Origin: Lingula anatina
Lineage: Eukaryota > Animalia > Brachiopoda
Length of the DNA: 64,000 nt
Assembly: GCA_051362555.1 (NCBI GenBank)
Contig: JBPQGU010000016.1
Location: 1,984,001 to 2,048,000, forward strand
Reading direction: 5' to 3'
The notes under the pieces are model-generated. The model had not been told where the DNA came from. It was given only the letters and a program-made list of their open reading frames with translations, and made no database searches. Positions 39,093 through 52,110 of this stretch are shown piece by piece; the stretch's first letter is position 1; each line of letters opens with the position of its first letter. The translations under genes and the position numbers were made by a program.

Positions 39093-39930
39093 ATGAATTC
39101 AAGCGACCCACACTGGATTAAATGCCACGCTGACTTGCAAATAGGAGATGGATACAACTTTGATACCATGGAAAAAACACAAGCCATAATTGAGGGCATA
39201 GAAGAGGATAGTTTGGATTTCACTAAAGATCGGGATATAAAAATTCGCCAGTTTACCGGGCACTTAACCGAGCGCGATACTCAGACCAGCAGCAGTGAGG
39301 GTTTTGTGCGGCTCAAGGCAAAAGCTTTCGATTTGACTATTCCTGGTGTAAACATGGGGTTGAAGGCTGAGGCAGGAGCAAGTGCTAGCTGGAAAGAAAG
39401 TGGGGAAAATACAACGGAGGGTGATGTCACCACACTGCGCCTGTCTATTCGTATGCAAACTGTGAGTTTTTATTTCTTTTTAAGAAACCAGATCAGGTCA
39501 AACATTTCTCTGAAAAGATTTTAGAAGATTTAATCAAATTACTTCAGATTTAATCAATTAATTTGCAATGAGATAAAAAAAGAAACAAATGAATAAATTC
39601 ATGCATGGATCAATGATTAAGGAAATAATTGACTAGATATAAATGAAAAAATAAAAGCAAACGTTCAAGAATATAATTATAATATAGTTATTCAGTTTTT
39701 GTTTGTTGACATAACTATTTGAATAAAAAATGCAAAAAAAAAAAAAAAAAAAAAAATAGAAATAGTAATGTTCAATTGTAAATTGTAAAATGTTTACGAA
39801 CATCAGTGTTGTGTATCACAGGTGTGTTTTACAGTTACCCTTTCAATCCATGCCTTTACGCTTATTCCGTGTGTAATTTGTACTGGCGAGAATGATTTTT
39901 TTTTTTTTTTTTTGCGACATATCGGGGGGA

Positions 39931-39967
<37 letters not shown>

Positions 39968-42422
39968 TTTTTGTCTCTCAGGGAATTAAGCGCCTGAACG
40001 ACCGAAGACGCGGAAGTGTGAGACGAAAACCTGGGGTTCATCCTACACATTATGTGTCATCTTTAGCCTACGGTGGCTATCTGACCATCGACATAACAGC
40101 GCGCGTGAACAGTCGCAATGCGAAGGAGAACTTTGAACGGGACATGGGAGCAAACGCAGAGTTCAAATTTAAAGAATATGGCGCCGATGTAAGTGCTAAC
40201 AGTAAACTGAATAACATCGAAGATTACTTGAGGAATACTCAGGAATGCACAGTGAACGTTGACTCGAGTGTTTCAGAAATGCAGTACGACGTCCGCGAAA
40301 CAAAATCAAGTGATCTTAGCAATTTGCAGAAGCTGATAAATCGCTTCGTAGAAAAAGTCGAGGAACAAAATGGCGGCAAAGGCAAGCCGATGCTGGCCAA
40401 AATTGCTCCTTTATCCGAACTTGATAATTCTGCAGAGCCATATGAATTCGAAAACAGACTGGGGAACCAGATTAAAGATCTGGAAGACAGGTATGATGAC
40501 ATTTGTTCAGCTTTGGGGTTTCTACGCACCTTCTTCCAAGAACACCAAACTCGGGTCCAAGAACTTCCCCATGATATAATTAAGCTTGAGAAGGATCTTG
40601 AAAGTTTACGAGACACATTCACAGATAATATACAGGGACTCACTCACAGAAAGGCTGACCATGCGAAAAATAAAGAAATTGTTCGACATTTAGAGGCAGC
40701 GTACACGGAATTCAGCCCTACTGCTGTTGGTCTAAGGAGATGCATCGGTAGAGTGAGGCAAATGACCCAGCAATATATCAAGGTGAATAACTTCGTGCTC
40801 TCTGACATCTCTCTCTCTCTGTCTCTCTCTCAAACACGTCGGTTAAATGAGGCGAATAGCTTAACACTATAGCAAGGTCAACACTCTAGTCCTTTATTTT
40901 TCAGATATTGTGCAAATGTCCTAGAATTATTGAGGACATCCCTTCATGACAATGTGTTATAAGCTTTTGAATTTAAACAGATTGGTTATATTATGGGCAT
41001 CTATTACAGGTAACTGATACATATGAACAACTACCAGAAGCTTATGCTAAGGGGAAGCACACCAACATAGTCGCCGTCGGGAAGATGGGGACCGGAAAGA
41101 GCTCCACCTGTAATATGATGGTCGAAAAAGAAGGGGTTTTCCGAGCAGCTTTTTCCTCGGACGCTGTAACGAAAGACCTGTCATCGCACTGTGCTAATGT
41201 GGGTGGTCGTGATTTGCGACTCATTGATACTCCCGGCCTCTTAGAAGCTGTGTCGACTAAGGCACAGTTAGATATTCTGCAGAAGCTGGCGAATTGTATT
41301 AGTTTGCTCGAAGGCGAGGACGGTATCGACGTGTTCTTGTTTGTCATTCGCTGCGACGAAATGCCATCTCAAGAGGAATTGGGCGCCGTGATTCAGCTAG
41401 GTACGTTGTTTTCGGAAGTCATTTTTGAATATATGGTTGTTGTAGCTACTCACAAGGACGAACTTGAGAACAACGGAAAATCAACAGAAAGTTTCAGAAG
41501 CAATCTTCCCGACAAAATGAAGACGATCCTTCAGAAGGCCGGTGACAGGATGGTGTTCATCAACAGCGTCACTCAAGACGGGAGAGAGCGTAGAGGCTAC
41601 ATAAAATCCATCATACGTCACGTTGATGACATAGCAAAAGCTCATCAGGGTGAGAAATTCTCCCATAATGCAATCAACGTAGCACGCGACAAGAGACAAG
41701 TGCTGAAAGCAAAAAATCCTAAATTGAGTGATGTTGCTATACAAAACAAGTTGGAAAAAGAAGTCGAGCAATACATAACATCACAGTACTACTGTTTCGA
41801 CGGCTCTTCCACTGTGCGACTAAGAGATGGGTCAGTCACACCAATGGCCAAACTATCTCCCGGTGACAAGGTGCTTTGTGTTAGGGACGATGGCTCGGTC
41901 GGATTCGAGGAAATATTCTGCTTCGGCCATGCGGATTCCAACTGCCAGACTATATATGTCCACTTGGAGACCTCAACTGGGCAACGCCTTATCCTTTCTG
42001 AAGGTCATTATATCCAGGCTGTCTCCAAAACTTCAGCGTTCCCATTTTTCCTGAAAGCCGCCCGTGATATCCGAGTTGGAGATGCGGTGTTCGTTTATCA
42101 CCCTGCGACTAATGCCATTTTTATGGATGAAATTGTGGCAACAGGCAGTAAGAAAGTCACCGGAGCCTTTTGTCCCCACACCATGAACGGCACCATCATC
42201 GTCAATGATATTTTGGCGTCGTGTTACACCGACGCCGTAGAGCCCCTAGTGGCGAGAAAATTGCTTATGCCAGCCTGGTTCCTGTACGAAATGCTTCCAC
42301 TGCGTGTGTCTGAGCCAGTGCTAAAAGATGGCGTCTCAAATGCCTGTAAACTTTTAAGCGCGACGAAACAATATTTTTCACGTGTTTACTACAGCAGCGC
42401 ATTCAAAAACCATTATTATTAA
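39093..42422 (+). CDS. MACPF/CDC-AIG1/GIMAP-Hint fusion, copy 2; exons 39093-39461, 39982-40782, 41010-42422 (860 aa)
   Basis: Intact and near-identical to copy 1; Hint Cys codon at 41793. Confidence 0.88.
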
Positions 42423-44226
42423 CTCAACTTGTCTTGAAAGAAGGGAAACTCAACTGATAATTAAGATTGATAAAATGCCATCTCTATGTTCATGTACGTA
42501 ACCTGCGACTAGAGTTCAATTCTTGTACGACTAAGACTATGCTGATAAAGTTTATTTTAGCATATCTCTATTTTATATCTGTTCATTGCGTTCAATTTAG
42601 ACATTGCTATTGGCACCATTTTATGATTTGATTATGTGATAGTGTTGTTATTACACAGTATATACCTATTAGTAGAGCTTTTGGAAAAGAGAATAGCACA
42701 AAATAGCCCCGGCCCATTCTGCTTCCTCCTCCCCCATGCACACATCAGTGATTGCTTAATTTTCACGATTCCTTCTTGTTATGGTGTGTATCTGAAATTC
42801 TTTTTTAGAATTTGTATTTTTGTACATAGGTATTTTATCTTTGAAAGTGGCAGACACGTTTTATCCTTTCTATTTGAGGCAACATCAACATTAGAAATTC
42901 CACTGTATGCCAAACCGTGTTCATCAGCGTCAGACAATTACAGTTCCTAAATCATTATATAAGTCGTGGTGAAATTTCATAATGTTTCATACTACAATCA
43001 TAGTTATGATTACATTATACTTTTTCATTAGACGGGAGAAAATCTTTTTGGTAGAACGTTTTTCTTATCCAGCTGAATGGGTTGTACGACTGATGTTATG
43101 GGATGGAGATGTGATTGATATTGCACGAGTTAATATTTCGTTTATTTAGATTTATATCCTATGTATTAAGATTTGAAGGACATTTACAGTGTTATTGACG
43201 ATATAATAGTTTATTATTATCATTATAATTATTATGTCTGAACACTTAAAGGTCAAACAATGTGAATTCTTTAATGTTTTAACAAATGATGCGACTCATT
43301 TTTGTAATTAAGTCCAAGAGAATTTTGACACCACAATATATGGCACAACTCAAAGGTATTGGGTTAAGAGATTTTTTTGACGATTTCTAATTTTTCTGGA
43401 GAATATAGCAACTTTTTCCTACCCACGTATCATTTATTAATTGCCTGGTCCAACTATTCAGCTCCCTTTTTGTAAAAAAAAAAAACTGTTTTTTTCGTTC
43501 TTGAAGTGTCTAAGATTGGAGAGATCTTAACTTTTCAGAATATTTAGCTGTATATTTAACTTTTTTTAATTTCGAACGCGTAGATAACTCATTATAAACT
43601 TAATAATTGAAAAAAAGCAAAATTGTAAAGTTTGAATAATAAATAAAAGAGATGAAAAGCACAAAGAGATTTCATTAATGTTCATATTATCTCTAAACTT
43701 GCAGCACATCAACTTCCCACAAGCAGTATATTTGCCTAAAAGGCGAAGTATTGGACTTGTAGCTGTTATAAACCTTTAATACACGTTTTGTAACACATTC
43801 TTGTTATTCTATAAAGCTAGTTAAGCAAACGAAACAATATGACATATGACTGAACATATATTTTAATTTCTTTTCTTATGAAATACTGGTGTTGTCCTCA
43901 GTTCTGATCAATTTTGAAGATTAATTTCTTTTGCAATATTAAGGGATCATCACAAGAAAGAATAGTTTAATTTTGAAAGCTGCCAAAGCTTGCTCAACTG
44001 TGAGTGATATTGGTCTTATGATAATTTATCTGCCCCAGAGATTTCCCTGTATTTTCCTCTGACACCATGCGCGACCTTCAAAATTCATTTTAGTTTATGA
44101 TCACTTGAGATTTCTATGATTTCTTTTCAATGGAGTCAAACTACCGAAGTGATCAATTCACAGTTTACAACGGTTTTTGTTGCACACGGGCTTTTGTTTG
44201 TCTATGGCATCATCCATTACACATGG

Positions 44227-45502
44227 TCACTTTTGATTACTGACGACAACTTTGACCCACGTGCCAACTTTGGAGTCCACATCTTCAAAGTCGACAACGA
44301 AGAAATCATCAAAGTCGTTTCCTTCGTTTCCAGACTGTCCATTAGTGAAATATTCAAGCACGGAGATGTACTGGTAGATGTCCCACAACGAGGCTTCCTC
44401 CTTTAATAAAAAATATACAGCAGACATAAAGGCTGCAGTCATATAAATAATAATACTAATAGTAACGCTTTCTATTTATTTTAGATGATATCTAAAATAT
44501 TTATAAAACCTTTACAAATGTACAGAAAAAATAACAAAATAACCAGAATAAACAAATTAAGAAAAAATAAATATCAAATTTGCCTTAAAAATCATTTTAC
44601 CAGTGTCCTAGAAACACTTGGGGAGAGGAAAAATAATGCCCAGCCCATTTTTCTGGTATAAAAAGCATTTGAAAGAATTGTAGCAATCATTACCTTCAGA
44701 ATGCACGGTTTTTCTTGTTCACGCATAATCTCTCGGACCATTCCTCGCAGCTCCTCCAAAAAACATAGTATGCTATTTGGTTCAGCAGTGCCGACTAAAC
44801 AAACACGATTTCCTGCCAGTTCTGTTTTCTCCTTAAAAGTCTTTGGTAGCGAATCCACGAAATTTTGCTTTTGTTCACTGTTGAGAGCTGTTCTACCGTC
44901 ATGGATAAACACAAAGATGGCCCTCTTCAAAAATGTCCCGAAGAATTTATCTTCCAAGAGGTCTATAGCCTCTATTTCTGTTGATCTGACTCTTAAGTTA
45001 TATCTTAACACGTATAAAAATGTGTCGACTTGCTGTACACCTTCTCGTTGGCGACGGATGGTCTCTACAATGTGCTCTTTGGTAAAATCTAAATCTCCAA
45101 TTCCAGGGGTATCTATAAGTGTTAATTTCCAAGTGTCATTCGCAGAGCTTTTTATGTCTCCATGAAGTACACAGCATTCGGTCTGGTCGGGGGAATCTGA
45201 TTGGGCAAGAAGAGCACGAGCCAGAGACGTTCTTCCGTGCCCCTTTCGACCGACAAGCATCACGCTTAAGTGTTCAATGTAATCTGGAAAATAATACAAA
45301 CACAAATTCATTTATCATAAATGGAAATTATCAAATACAGACCGAAATATTTTTCTGGTCTTACCTTGGCAAGGCAAGGGAAATATATTAACGAGAGGAG
45401 GGAGAGGGAAAGGGGTATCAAAATATGGAGCCAGCGATTTACAAATAGCGAGAAGATGGTGGGGAGAAAATATGAAAAATGAAAAACATTTACCCTCTCT
45501 AT

Positions 45503-45542
<40 letters not shown>

Positions 45543-45936
45543 TATTTGTGCACACATTCACATGATTCGGTTAAATAGCATTAAGCGTCGTTGAACATAC
45601 ATGCCATTATCTGAAATATAAGCACTGCTTAAAACAAATATTCAGGTTAATCGAACAAATTGCCTTGCCCAATCCTGTCCTAGTAGATCATAGTTCACAA
45701 TATATACATGTAGGCATAATGTAAACATTACACTATCACAAATCGTCCTACTGCACATACGCTTGGTCTGTCTTCTAGATCATTATGTGATATATTATAA
45801 TACGTCGCACTGTATGAAATGATGAACGTTATGCACAAATTAAAAACATCATGGAATTATTTAAAACAAATGTAAGTGATGAAAATGTGCTAACAATGGA
45901 ACACTGCGTCTTACCATCAGCTGTAGGTTCCGCCAT
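44227..45936 (-). CDS. AIG1/GIMAP-family GTPase D (intact); exons 45915-45936, 44694-45283, 44227-44400 (261 aa)
   Basis: AAGATGGCGGAACCTACAGCTGATG|gtaaga (phase 1) joins ttccag|AT; G1 variant GRKGHGRTS, DTPG, NLRV; AAG|gtaatg donor, ttaaag|GAG acceptor; acidic aromatic tail. Confidence 0.82.
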
Positions 45937-46354
45937 CTTTGTTGTTTACGTCTGTGACCTTTCAAAATATTGCTTCCTACAGTACATGCGCCAATGCATA
46001 CACCATCGACCCCGTTAACGGTACAAGCGCATTATCAAGTCCAAGGCAGCGATGAGGTCTACATTAGCCACGTGGGTTTACGTTTCATGGAAGAGAGTCG
46101 TGATATTTAATGATTAACAACTATTGAGCTATGAAAGCGAAAGTACGTCAAATGAAAGGTGTTATTTTTCGTAGTTTGCACATAGCAAACTTTGAAGACA
46201 GATGATGTGTTCTGTATCATAAAATGTATACGAAATATTACAAATAGCATGTTTTGCTTTAACGATTAACCCAAATGTACTCTTTAATTGACATGGCCAA
46301 TGTCACGATGTTTGTTCTTTTTGACATGTGCTACCACCTGTTGCCATATCTATA

Positions 46355-48021
46355 CAACATTGGTCAAAAAGGTTGTCCCACCCCCATTTCCATGTACTTT
46401 TATTTACAAATGATCACTTCACAGCTGTAGTTTGTTAGAAATAGTGCTTTTTATTACAGATATCGTGTCTAACATGATTAATGGTTTTAAAAAAATACAA
46501 AATAGTGGTGAAAATATACACATTTTATACCATTTAGTAAAATTTATAAGAGGCACCCCCTCAAATCCACTGTTTCACTGTGACTTCTACAGATGTACAG
46601 AAATGTCTATAAAATTGAAAGACCGCATTAAATGTCACCAAATTCACACACAATTAGCATTAGGGTGTGCTCGTTAAAGATCACGTGCCTAACAGCGTGT
46701 GCGTCTACCGCGCACTGCAATTATCTCCTGTAGACGGCGCGACAAGCCTTCAACACGGGTAACAATTATGTTATGTGGGATATTGTCCCATTCTTTTTCA
46801 ACAAGATGGGGGAGTTGGTCCACGTTTTTATGGGGTTGGTTCTCCTTTGCATTGCACACTCCAATTCATGTCACAGTTGATTAGTACAGGTAAGTTTAAT
46901 ATCAGGGCTCAAAGATGGTGGTTCCATCCTTAGAGCATTCTGTTTCTTCAACAAACACTTGCCAGGCGAGAGGTGTGAGCAAGTGTGCAGCCATGATAAA
47001 GCCTAGAGTTAACCCCAAAGTCAGTTCTTGAATATGGAATGACAAATCAGCTGAAAATGCTACGTTCAGTGATCCCACAGGCACCTGAACCTGGCCATCC
47101 ATCACTAGAAGGAAGTCGATTTTGATGCAGAATCAAATTATTTCATGTATCCCATCGATGGTCAAAGAGGGTCCATAGACATGATAAAAATGCCTCTTGG
47201 AAGGGTGTGTGTAGGATAATATCGCCTGAGGTGTTAGATCAGTCCGCATTTGGAGAACATTCCACGCCCATGTTATTAGTACATTGTTCCTTTTGGAACA
47301 AAACGTAACAGGGGCATTTTAATGTAAAATTCTTAACAGATATCTTACTCCATTTGCAAGAGATGACTTCAGGGATGCTACTGGCTTCATTGTGAAAACG
47401 CACTTGCTCACAGCTCTCGTCTTGCAAACGATTTGTTGCAGAAACACAGGGCTCTGAGGATGGGACAACCGTTGAGTCCTGATATTAATCCTACTAAGCA
47501 CCTGTGGCATGAATTGGAATGTGCATTGTAAAGGGGAACTAATTCCTAAATAATCTTGACCAATTCCCCCACGCTCTTTAGGACGAATGGGACAATATCC
47601 CACATAACATAATTGTTACCCATGTTGAAGGCTTGTCGCGCCGTCTACAGGAGATAATTGCAGTACGCGGTAGACGCACACGCTGTTAAGCACGTGATCT
47701 TTAACGAGCACATCCAAATGCTAATTGTGTTTGAATTTGGTGACATTTGATGGCGTCTTTTCAATTTTATAGACATTTCTGTACATCTGTAGAAGTCACA
47801 GTGAAACAGTGGATTTGAGGGGTTACCTCTTATAAATGTTACTAAATGGTAAAAAATGTGTATATTTTCACCATTATCTTGTATTTTTTAACCATTAATC
47901 ATGTTAGACACGGTATCTGTAATAAAAAGCACTATTTTTGACAATTTACAGCTGTGAGGTGATCATTTGTAAATAAAAGTACATGGGAATGGGGGTGGGA
48001 CAACCTTTTTGACCAATGTTG
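46355..48021. mobile_element. Non-autonomous Tc1-like element with ~440-bp inverted ends and decayed transposase C-terminus
   Basis: TA|CAACATTGGTCAAAAAGGTTGTCCCACCCCC ... GGGGGTGGGACAACCTTTTTGACCAATGTTG|TA; empty site at ~25477; remnants SPDINPTKHLWHELE (47475) and EWDNIP..RRLQEII on +. Confidence 0.9.
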
Positions 48022-48432
48022 TATATTAGCGTATTATACCAGTGCGGATTTAAGTGGGGTGTCAGGGGGTCCCGTCCCCCCCCCCCCCCCCTTCGATTTC
48101 TGAAAAAAATTACACCAATATTGGACCCCTCTTGAAACTAGAAATTAATCTAGCTGAATCATAGTTCAAAACTGTACCAAATGGCACCGTTCGCCCTCTA
48201 AAATACCAAACCGAACCCCACGACTAGGAGGGGGAAAATATACCATGTACTCTTTCTGGGTCGGCCATTGGTATTTTTAACATTGCCTTTCCTCCCACGT
48301 TTAAGCCTTAGATAAAATATGGAATCTTAAACTGAAAATTATTATTAGCAATATCTGTTTATCCTTAGCTTTTTCCCGGGCATCATGCCATATGTATTCT
48401 GTATTTAAATATATGTTATAAAAATATTAGTA

Positions 48433-50084
48433 CAGACTTGACATTTAATATGGAATATTTTTTTCCAAGTAATTTTTTCCTATTTTGCTGACTGATAAAT
48501 GAAAATAAGGATTTAAATCGTGTTTTAATAACTTTGAATTATCTCTTTGATGTCATTGTGTTATCAATTCATTAATGGAATTCGCCAGAGAAGCAAACAA
48601 AAACACACTGCCTATTCTATGTCATACGACTTCCATTAAAAGAGATATTTTGAATCTCCATATTTTCCAAATTAACGTCTGTAAAAGAGTTATACGCTCC
48701 ACAAAAGACCCTTATGTCAGTTGCTATAGTCACAGTAATGGTCGCTGTTACGCCTGGCCTCTTCTGTCTGTTGCCAGCGCTCTCAAGCGGCAAGGCATTC
48801 CTTGGGGTAGGTTTTTAGAGTTCAATCTGGAATAATATTCTAGACATCGATCTAAAAGTGTCCAATCTGGTCCAGTTTTGTTGTAGGACATATAGGCAGT
48901 TGATTCGTCGAGTAATGGCCTACCGAAATATTGTCTATGTGGTTCAAATGTGGCGATTTTGATGACCAGGGTAGCTGCTCATTCCCTTGGTTCTATAAGT
49001 TATCTGCTATTAAAAGTGCTCTGTGTGAACCTGCAACCTCACCGTGCAACCTAAAATTGTTCCTAAGGTGCCCCCTATCAAATGATAGTCAAGTGGTTAC
49101 GAGATTATTCCTTGATTTGATCTGGTTCAGGTTTTCGTCGATGACTACAATTGGTGTTTGACACCAGTGTGGTATCCACTCCAAATACTGACACCGTCAA
49201 TCACCCTTGTCACTTTAGACCCGGCATATGCTTCGTCGTAGGCCTCTTCTGGATATCTGTAAACTCTGTTTTGACTAATTGGACGGTACAGGTGAAACCT
49301 GACCTCAATAAAGAAAGCCATGCAGTTTCAGTGTTCTACCCAGAAACGGTCATGGCCCCCAATTCATTAGAGAAACAGACGACGGTGTTTTGCTGTTTAC
49401 AGTGGGTGCATCGGAGGTCATTTGGTGTTTTTACCTGCTAAACCCAGTTTGGTGTTCGCTAAGGGCTTTGAAAAACGCATTTTGGTGTGGCAATTTACCC
49501 CTCGTTCTGAACGGACTAAGTGTTTTTTGTTTAGTTGCAGCAGCGTATCCCGAAAGACAGTGGGTCTTGTACCCTGTAGGTAAGATATTGATACACTGGG
49601 GGTGACCTCTGTGTAGGAACATCAGCCTGGGCATTACTCTATAAAACTGTGGGGACCGTTCTGTTTGGCGCTATGATCTGTCTGGTAATGTCTGTCTTTT
49701 TTGCGCCATTCTGCCATAGATTAAAAAAAATTGTAATACACTACTTTACTTATCTTCCGCACTGCAAAACTGACCGCTTGCATGCAAAATTTCAAATTCT
49801 TCTATGTAGTAGTTGTCGACATATGGATACTTTTTTGACAGAACCAAGCTTTGCCTAAGCCAAGCTTTGACCAGCCCAAAGGAAGACTACCCAATTAAAT
49901 CGCTAAATATCCTTAATTAGCAGCGCAACAGACCTGAAAGTCAGTAAATTGGTAGCGACACACCTTACTACACAGTTCTCCATTAACAAATCTTATATGA
50001 GATCGGAGTTTTCTGAAAAAAGAACGCATTTTTACCTAGGTATACATTCGAAACTGAAATATTCCATATTTAATGTCAAGTCTG
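48433..50084. mobile_element. TA-flanked DNA transposon remnant (1.65 kb, ~27-bp TIRs)
   Basis: TA|CAGACTTGACATTTAATATGGAATATT ... AATATTCCATATTTAATGTCAAGTCTG|TA; empty site TTAG-TA-GAATAGAC at ~26821. Internal coding content not identified. Confidence 0.8.
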
Positions 50085-50414
50085 TAGAATAGAGAGCCTG
50101 TAAATGTAAGCTGTTCACATTTAAGTGCTCCATAAATAACTATTATTTATTAATTAATTAATTTATTTATTTATTTATTTATTTTATAATCTATTAATTG
50201 GGCTTTTAAAGTAAAATCTTTTGTTTTACTTTATATTTTTCCCTCTTTGACTTGGACATTTATTTTCACAATTGTGTTAGGTGGGACACATCTCACCTAG
50301 CACAACTGACATTATTGTGGTTGTTATCTGGGGCTGCAGCAGATAAAGTAATCATTTCATATGTTTTGCATGTATGTGTATAATATGTGTGATTGTAAAA
50401 ATATGTTAGGTTTT

Positions 50415-52079
50415 CGTTATATGTGCAATGATGTCATCATTTGGTGCCCTGAGAAAGGTATCTTAATGATAAATAGATCGAGGTGTCTCACCTCTAATTG
50501 TGGACCGAGGCAGATACGACAGTAGGATGGGGATAGGGTAAAGTTGGGTTGGTTGCAGGAAGCGCTTTCCAGCCAACAATAACCTTTGTCGGATAAAAAA
50601 ACGATTATCAACGATTATCATAGATGTTTCGTCGTATACATTTACAGTGTGTGCATGGCTTGGGAGTCAGAGGTCGAAAAATGCCTCCATTCATTAAACC
50701 ATCCAATTTCTGCAAAGTCATACCTACCACTACCAAGAAAATTATTTTCAGAATATATCAAAATTAGTCAACAGTCATGACATCTGGGATTACGGTGAAT
50801 TAAACATTATGTTTCCTATGATCTTAAATTTTCCATTTAATGATAATTAAAAGGAAATACAGCATATAATGAATTTTTAATATATTTATGATGACATTCA
50901 CTTAATATTTTTGTTGTAATGCTGCAATTTCAATCTACCTACTCATATTTTAATCTTGAAATTTGGCCTCTAATTTGTCCAGAGCCGATGTAAAATCTGA
51001 TTGTATTTCAATCTCGTCTGTGAGACATTAATTTGATTTCTGAACCAGACAAGCAAGGCGGCTAGCGTGTGACTTTGCACGTGAAGTGATATTATTACAA
51101 CCGGCTGGTTGAGAACAGAACGTCGATGTAGAGGAGGTTATTTTTTTTAACTCGATTACAATTCATAAGCGGTGTAAAGTAAATCAAACCGCATGTCTAA
51201 AAATACCCAAATAAACTCTGCAAGGTCTGCTGAATAAGTACTGATGTTTTTCTCTTTGTTTGTTTTTCTCTTTTATTGTTAAAAGAACCAGTTTACACAG
51301 AAACATTCCATCTCTTCCAAGAACTGGCGATGTTATTAGTTCTAAATATAACTCTCCCCCTTGGAGACGAACGTACTTGAGATTTACAGAGGTGGGATAT
51401 TTAATGTTGTTACAATGTTTTGTATCCCAGTTATACTTTTAAAATAAAAAAAAAAGAATAAATGAAAATTTAAATTATTAATAATTAACAGAAGGAAGTA
51501 TTAAAAGAAAAACATAATATCTTGGGTATTTTCCTCTCTGTGTTTCTCTCTTTCTCTTTCTCTTCGTTTAACAATACCTACTTTTACTTTGAATACCTGC
51601 ATGATGACAATCCAAACATTTTCAACAATATCGAAATATAGAGGTCTCTCTTGTGATCAGAAGTATGTCATAAACATGGGATTAATGGGGACTCTTTATC
51701 TACGACATATCTGTGTATGGGATTGGGATTGTTTTTCTGATTCAAAATCTATACACCTTAGAAATATGGGTAACTTTCAAAAAATAAATAATAACAACTA
51801 AATAAATGGCTATTCTGAAAGTTTCTAGTACATGTACGGCATTTTCTTTGAATGTCGGATTAGTTTCCACAGAGAATCTAATGATTATAAGAGGGGTCAT
51901 TACTGAAGCTTGGGGTTGTTCATGCTTTTTCCATGTAACTTTTAGTTAAGCAAAACATATTCTTTTGAAGTGACAACATGGAGCGGTTTCATTATTTCCT
52001 GATGTACAGGGGTTTAAACATAGAACCTGGGAATCTTTGTAGCAGTATTAGAGATCGCGTTATCTAAATATTTGTTTCA

Positions 52080-52110
<31 letters not shown>

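Larger units (their letters stand above)
27440..48225. repeat. Segmental duplication unit 2
   Basis: Colinear with unit 1; lacks ~6955-8519 (junction GGCGGGG|TAGAGTAAAT at ~30237) and differs in several TE insertions. Confidence 0.93.
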
